Source: an uncultured Deinococcales bacterium | GTDB taxonomy: Bacteria > Deinococcota > Deinococci > Deinococcales > JAAFIG01 | Assembly: GCA_964244895.1 (NCBI GenBank) | Contig: CAXTKV010000082.1 | Span: 1-20,847 of the forward strand | Length of the DNA stretch: 20,847 bases | Reading direction: 5' to 3' | In this document: piece by piece, positions 16,492-20,847 of the stretch | Position numbering within the stretch: position 1 is the stretch's first letter | Layout of the letters: each line of letters starts with the position of its first letter | The notes under the pieces: model-generated | What the model saw: only the letters and a program-made list of their open reading frames with translations | Told to the model about the DNA's origin: nothing | Database searches by the model: none | Translations under genes and position numbers: made by a program

Positions 16492-17832
16492 GTGAAAACC
16501 ATCCCCAAAGACGCTCAATCCCGGCAGTTGTTCGAACGCGCCAGAGGCGTGATTCCCGGCGGCGTCAACTCGCCCGTGCGGGCCTTCAAGGCCGTCGGTG
16601 GCTCGCCGCGTTTCATTGAGCGGGCGCTCGGGGCGCGAATCTGGGACGCGGACGGCAACGAACTCTTGGATTACATCGGCTCGTGGGGGCCGATGATCCA
16701 CGGCCACAACCACCCCGCCGTGGTCGAAGGCATCACCCAAGCCCTAAAGGACGGCACCAGCTTCGGTGCGCCGACGAGGCGCGAGATCGAACTGGCCGAA
16801 CTGGTCTTGCGCGCCTACCCTTCTTGCGAGCGGGTGCGATTCGTGTCCTCAGGTACGGAAGCCACCATGAGCGCCCTGCGGTTGGCGAGGGGCCTGACGA
16901 ACCGCGATCTGATCGTCAAATTCCGGGGCAACTACCACGGTCACGCCGACGGCCTGCTGGTGCAGGCGGGTTCGGGCCTGCTGACGGCGGGCGGCGCTAC
17001 GGCCCTGAGCGCGCCCTCCAGCGCCGGGGTTCCGCAGGCCTACGCCGACCTGACGCTGGTGGCCGAATACAACCAACCGGAAAGCCTGGAGGAACTTTTT
17101 GCCGAACGCGGTTCGGAAATCGCCGCCGTGATCTTCGAGCCGGTCGTCGGCAACGTCGGCGTGCTGGAACCAAGGCCGGAATTCCTGAAGGTGCTGCGCG
17201 AGATCACGCGCCAGCACGGGGCGCTCCTGATCGCCGACGAGGTCATGACGGGCTTCCGGCTCGCTCCGGGCGGCGCGGTCGAACGCTACGCGATTGAGCC
17301 CGACATCATCGCCTGGGGCAAGATCGTCGGTGGCGGCCTGCCCGTCGGTGCGTACGGCGCCAAGGCATCCGCAATGGAGTTCGTCGCGCCGAACGGCCCC
17401 GTCTACCAGGCGGGCACGCTCTCCGGCAATCCGCTGGCGATGGCGGCGGGCATCGCTTCGTTGGCATTGCTCGAGCGACACCCGCCCTACGCGGGGCTCG
17501 AGGCGTATGGAACCCGGCTCCAGGCGGGACTCGAGGCGGCGGCGCGCGAGGCGGGCGTGCCCGCGACCGTCAACCGCGTGGGTTCCATGATCACGGTCTT
17601 CTTTCAACCCGGCCCGGTCAGCACCTACGCTCAGGCCGTGGCGTCGGACACGGACGCCTTCAAGACCTTTTTCCACGCCATGCTGAACGCTGGCGTCTAC
17701 TGGCCGCCCAGCCAATTTGAAGCCGCGTTTTTCTCGAGCGCGCACGGCGAAGTTGAACTCGAGTTGACCCTCCGAGCCGCCCAACGCGCCATGCTCGAGG
17801 TGGCGCAGATGAAAACACCGTCCAGCACGTGA
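16492..17832 (+). CDS. hemL: Glutamate-1-semialdehyde 2,1-aminomutase
   Basis: Motifs [43 protein letters not shown] and QAGTLSGNP. Start moved to GTG 16492, with TAAGGT 7 nt upstream. Confidence 0.96.
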   Translation: MKTIPKDAQSRQLFERARGVIPGGVNSPVRAFKAVGGSPRFIERALGARIWDADGNELLDYIGSWGPMIHGHNHPAVVEGITQALKDGTSFGAPTRREIELAELVLRAYPSCERVRFVSSGTEATMSALRLARGLTNRDLIVKFRGNYHGHADGLLVQAGSGLLTAGGATALSAPSSAGVPQAYADLTLVAEYNQPESLEELFAERGSEIAAVIFEPVVGNVGVLEPRPEFLKVLREITRQHGALLIADEVMTGFRLAPGGAVERYAIEPDIIAWGKIVGGGLPVGAYGAKASAMEFVAPNGPVYQAGTLSGNPLAMAAGIASLALLERHPPYAGLEAYGTRLQAGLEAAAREAGVPATVNRVGSMITVFFQPGPVSTYAQAVASDTDAFKTFFHAMLNAGVYWPPSQFEAAFFSSAHGEVELELTLRAAQRAMLEVAQMKTPSST

Positions 17833-17870
17833 ACCCTCGAGATGCAACCCTCGCGCGCTGGACGGTCTTC
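17811..17870. repeat. Family A copy 11, overlapping the hemL 3' end
   Basis: gaaaacaccgtccagcacg...cgcgcgctggacggtcttc. Confidence 0.88.
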
Positions 17871-17944
17871 GCAAATCCGAACAGCCGAACACCAGCCTTC
17901 AAAAACCGGGCGTCATCGCGCTCAAAACGCCCTCCTGCGCGTGT

Positions 17945-17950
17945 TAGCGT
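17945..17950 (+). promoter_or_regulatory. -10 box TAGCGT, likely leaderless promoter of the GNAT gene
   Basis: TANNNT-N6-ATG, preceded by TGT (extended -10 TGn). Confidence 0.6.
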
Positions 17951-17956
17951 GATGGC

Positions 17957-19102
17957 ATGAGTCAACCCACCATCCCGCAGGTAGCCACCACGGGCGCTGT
18001 CCGCATCGAGGCGGTCACGGACCGCGCGAAGCTCAAACGTTTCATCGAGTACCCGTACCAGAAATACCGCAATCACCCCGTCTGGGTTCCACCGCTGCTG
18101 ATTCAGGAGTGGGAGACTTTCAACCGCGACAAGAACCCGGCCTTCGACGACGCCGACGTGGACCTGTTCCTGGCGCTCTCTGGCGATACGGTCGTGGGTC
18201 GCATCGCGGCGCTCGAGAACCGGCGTTTCAACCAGGCAATCGATGAGCGTTCGGCGCTTTTTGGGTACTTCGAGGCCGAAAATCCCGAGATCGCTCGGGC
18301 GCTCCTCGAAACCGTCGAGGGCTGGGGCCGCCAGCGCGGCATTCACCTGGTGCGCGGCCCGTTCCCGGTTTCGCTAAACGATCTCGAGGGCTTGCTGATC
18401 GAGAATTTCGACGATCCGCCGACGATTTTGATGGCCTACAACCCGCCCGAGTACAAGGGGTTCATCGAATCAGCGGGCTACACCAAATCGATGGACACCT
18501 TCGCCTGGCGGATGTACTCCAAAGATGGCCTGCCGGAACGCGTCAGTCGCATCGCCGAGCGCGTCAAACGGAACCTCAACGTCGTCGTGCGCGAACTCGA
18601 TTGGAAGAAACTCGATCAGGAAGTGCCGTTGATCCTGAACATCTACAACCGCGCCTGGGCGGACAACTGGGGCTTCATTCCGGTCACGCCGCGCGAAGCC
18701 ATGCAGATCAAAGATTCCTTGAAAACCGTCGCGGATCGCAAGACGACCCTGATCGCGGAAGTCAACTCTCAGGCCGCCGGGTTCACGATCATGCTGCCGG
18801 ACATCAATCAGCTTTTGCGCGGCACCGGTGGGCGGCTCTTTCCGCTGGGCTTGCCGAAACTCTTGCTCGGCAAGCCCAAACGCTCGCGGTTGTACGCCCT
18901 GGGTATCCTGCCCGAGTTTCGCGGCAAGGGTCTGGACGCCCTCTTGTACGCCGAATCGTTCCATCGCGGCATCGCGCGGTACAACGCGGGCGAGTTCGGC
19001 ATCACGCTGGAATCCAACGAGGCGATCAACACGGGCATGCGGGCGCTCGGGGCCGAGCCGTACAAGCGCTACCGCATCTTCGAGAAGAAGCTCGAGGGCT
19101 GA
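17957..19102 (+). CDS. Tandem-GNAT N-acyltransferase, YghO / bacterial ceramide synthase-like family
   Basis: N-terminal LKRFI..P...Y...P.WVPPL, KNP.F, VVGRIAA, FGYFE, YNPPEY, AWADNWGF.P, LPDIN, the acyl-CoA motif LGILPEFRGKG and C-terminal YKRYRIFEK. Family recognised by eye. Confidence 0.78.
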   Translation: MSQPTIPQVATTGAVRIEAVTDRAKLKRFIEYPYQKYRNHPVWVPPLLIQEWETFNRDKNPAFDDADVDLFLALSGDTVVGRIAALENRRFNQAIDERSALFGYFEAENPEIARALLETVEGWGRQRGIHLVRGPFPVSLNDLEGLLIENFDDPPTILMAYNPPEYKGFIESAGYTKSMDTFAWRMYSKDGLPERVSRIAERVKRNLNVVVRELDWKKLDQEVPLILNIYNRAWADNWGFIPVTPREAMQIKDSLKTVADRKTTLIAEVNSQAAGFTIMLPDINQLLRGTGGRLFPLGLPKLLLGKPKRSRLYALGILPEFRGKGLDALLYAESFHRGIARYNAGEFGITLESNEAINTGMRALGAEPYKRYRIFEKKLEG

Positions 19103-19126
19103 AGCTCAGTCCGGGGATGCACGAGC

Positions 19127-19170
19127 ACACCGTCCGGCGCACGAATACGGATATGCGCGCTGGACGGCGT
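19127..19170. repeat. Family A copy 12
   Basis: acaccgtccggcgcac-gaatacggatat-gcgcgctggacggcgt. Confidence 0.88.
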
Positions 19171-19244
19171 TCCTGGAAAATACCCGATGCTCGAGAATGC
19201 GTGTACTAAACGCAGAATCTCGAAGAATCGATATTGCACGAGCA

Positions 19245-19286
19245 CACCGTCCGGCACGCGAGCTTGAGCTCGCGTGCCGGACGGTG
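19245..19286. repeat. Family A copy 13, perfect 20-bp arms with 2-nt centre
   Basis: caccgtccggcacgcgagct-tg-agctcgcgtgccggacggtg. Confidence 0.95.
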
Positions 19287-19296
19287 CCAATTCAGT

Positions 19297-20508
19297 TCAG
19301 AGCTTCGCTGGCTCGGGAATCTCCCGGCTGGTCAGCGCATCGTTGACGCGCGCGGGCAACGCGAGCGTCACGAGAAACCCGGCCACCAACGCCACGCCCA
19401 GCGCCAGCAGCGGCGCGTAAGGCCCGCCGATCAGCGCCTGCAGCACCAGCACCAGCACCAACCCGCCCGCGTTGCCCGCCAGCATTAAGAAGCCGACTGC
19501 CGCGCCCTGCCGCCCCACGCCGACGTGCCGATCCGACCAGTCGAGCACCACCGGCAGCGTCGAAAGAATAAAAAAGCCCGCCAGCCCCAGCGTCGCGCCC
19601 AACCAGATCGAATCGTGGCGCACCGCCAACGCCACCAGCGCCGCCCCGGCCACGATCAGTGCGACCAGCAGCATCTCGCGCCGCCGATCCCTGGCCGCGA
19701 TCACGGGCGGCAGAATGGCCGAACCGACGATCCCGCCGAAGGTCATCACGCCCAACAGGTTGCCGCTTTCAACGCTGCCCACGCCGAAGAACTTCAAAAT
19801 CGCTTCGAGCCAGGTGCTGAGCGCGATGAAAAAGCCGAAGCCGATGAACAACAAGCCCGCGAGCTTCCACATCAAAGGATCGCGCCGCAGCCAGCCGAGG
19901 CTCAGATCCTCCGAGGTCTCGAGCGCGTCCGCTCTGGCGGGCACGCGCAGGCTCAGGATCACCCACGCGGCGGCGATCGCGGCGGGGATGGCCTGAATCG
20001 CGAAGACCAACCTCAACCCGCCCGCGTTGAACAGGGCTGGCCCGCTGAAGGTGGCGAGCAGAATGCCGATGAAGATGCTGGCGCTGCCAATCGAGATCGC
20101 GGTCGCTTGCTCTTCTCTCGGGAAGTGCATCGCGGCCAGCTTGGTGAGCGCGTTCAGCACCAAGGGTTGCCCGATGGCGACGATCGCCTGCGCCGCGAAC
20201 TGCAAGCCGAAATTGGTCGGGTCGATCAGCCGCAGCAACCCTCCCAGCGCCGTCGCGACCGCACCCGCCCCGAGCGCCCAGGGGAAGCGCCGATCCAGCC
20301 AGCGACCCGTCGGCAGGGCCAGCACGATGTACACGAATTGAAAAATGGCGGAAAGCCAACCGATGTTCTCGACGCTGGTGTGAAGCACCGTGGCGCTCTC
20401 GTTGGTGATCGGCGCGAAGGTGATCCACAAAAGTTGCGTGCTCGCCACCAAGAGCGCGTACCCGGCCAGCACCACCCAGCGTTGACTCGAGGCTGAAGGG
20501 TTCCTCAC
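19297..20508 (-). CDS. MFS transporter, SLC49 (FLVCR/MFSD7/DIRC2)-like
   Basis: About 12 hydrophobic helices, with WITFAPI, IGWLS..F..VY and AIGQPLVLNALTKLAAMHFPREEQATA. The GTG overlaps the upstream SDR stop (GTGA). Confidence 0.85.
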   Translation of the reverse strand: MRNPSASSQRWVVLAGYALLVASTQLLWITFAPITNESATVLHTSVENIGWLSAIFQFVYIVLALPTGRWLDRRFPWALGAGAVATALGGLLRLIDPTNFGLQFAAQAIVAIGQPLVLNALTKLAAMHFPREEQATAISIGSASIFIGILLATFSGPALFNAGGLRLVFAIQAIPAAIAAAWVILSLRVPARADALETSEDLSLGWLRRDPLMWKLAGLLFIGFGFFIALSTWLEAILKFFGVGSVESGNLLGVMTFGGIVGSAILPPVIAARDRRREMLLVALIVAGAALVALAVRHDSIWLGATLGLAGFFILSTLPVVLDWSDRHVGVGRQGAAVGFLMLAGNAGGLVLVLVLQALIGGPYAPLLALGVALVAGFLVTLALPARVNDALTSREIPEPAKL

Positions 20509-20847
20509 GGCTCGAGTCCCCGCTCCTTGCGGGCCTTCTTGACCGCGCCGTCGAAGCTGCCCGTCAAAATCGGCTCGATCAGCCCGCCGACCCGAGCCAG
20601 AAGCGCCGTCTGCGCGTCGGCGGTGATGCTGCGCCTGCGCCCAGCGATGCCCGAGACGATCGCGCTCGCCATTTTCTGCGCGCTGATCGGTTTGATCGCG
20701 CCCGCGATGTGCTTGGTTTCCAGCGGTTTGAACTGGTTTTCAAACGCCAGTTGCGGCGTGTCCGTGTCCGGCGGGTACGCGATGCTGACGGCGATGTTGT
20801 ACGGCTGCAACTCCTGACGCAGCGCCTCCATCAAACCGCGCACCGCG
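20505..20847 (-). CDS. Short-chain dehydrogenase/reductase, 3-ketodihydrosphingosine reductase (KDSR/Tsc10)-like, 5'-truncated by window edge
   Basis: AVRGLMEALRQELQPYNIAVSIAYPPDTDTPQLAFENQFKPLET carries the YPPDTDTP..E...KP.ET segment typical of KDSR-like SDRs. The frame stays open to the window end. Confidence 0.78.
   Translation of the reverse strand, partial: AVRGLMEALRQELQPYNIAVSIAYPPDTDTPQLAFENQFKPLETKHIAGAIKPISAQKMASAIVSGIAGRRRSITADAQTALLARVGGLIEPILTGSFDGAVKKARKERGLEP

Noticed and set aside
559..19286. Family A repeats as a CRISPR array or integron attC sites
   Set aside because: Copies are separated by whole housekeeping genes in both orientations. There are no regular spacers, cas genes or integrase, and the ends read GTTCTC/GTCTTC rather than GTTRRRY.

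Overview
GC-rich bacterial chromosomal window, probably from Deinococcota. This is inferred from the fused MoaD-MoaE, a Thermus-type EF-G2 and TANNNT boxes 6-7 nt before start codons. The left part holds housekeeping genes: a 4-TM membrane protein, homoserine dehydrogenase, moaD/E, EF-G2, an unannotated 58-aa membrane sORF coupled to an 8-oxoguanine-deaminase-like amidohydrolase, and a class IV HDAC-family deacylase. The centre is a heme cluster: hemA-hemC-hemB-hemE-hemH-hemY-hemF on the minus strand with divergent hemL; no hemD or chdC lies in the window. The right end has a GNAT protein resembling the bacterial ceramide synthase/YghO family. It converges on an operon with a KDSR-like SDR (cut by the window edge) and an SLC49/FLVCR-like MFS transporter, which together suggest a candidate long-chain-base/ceramide lipid module. 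The non-coding DNA is highly structured: 13 copies of one inverted-repeat element (ACACCGTCCAGCACGC...GCGTGCTGGACGGTGT) occupy 12 of the 13 larger intergenic gaps, a second GTAG-type REP family sits beside several of them, and CTCGAG is strongly over-represented. All protein calls rest on motif recognition by eye; no database searches were run.
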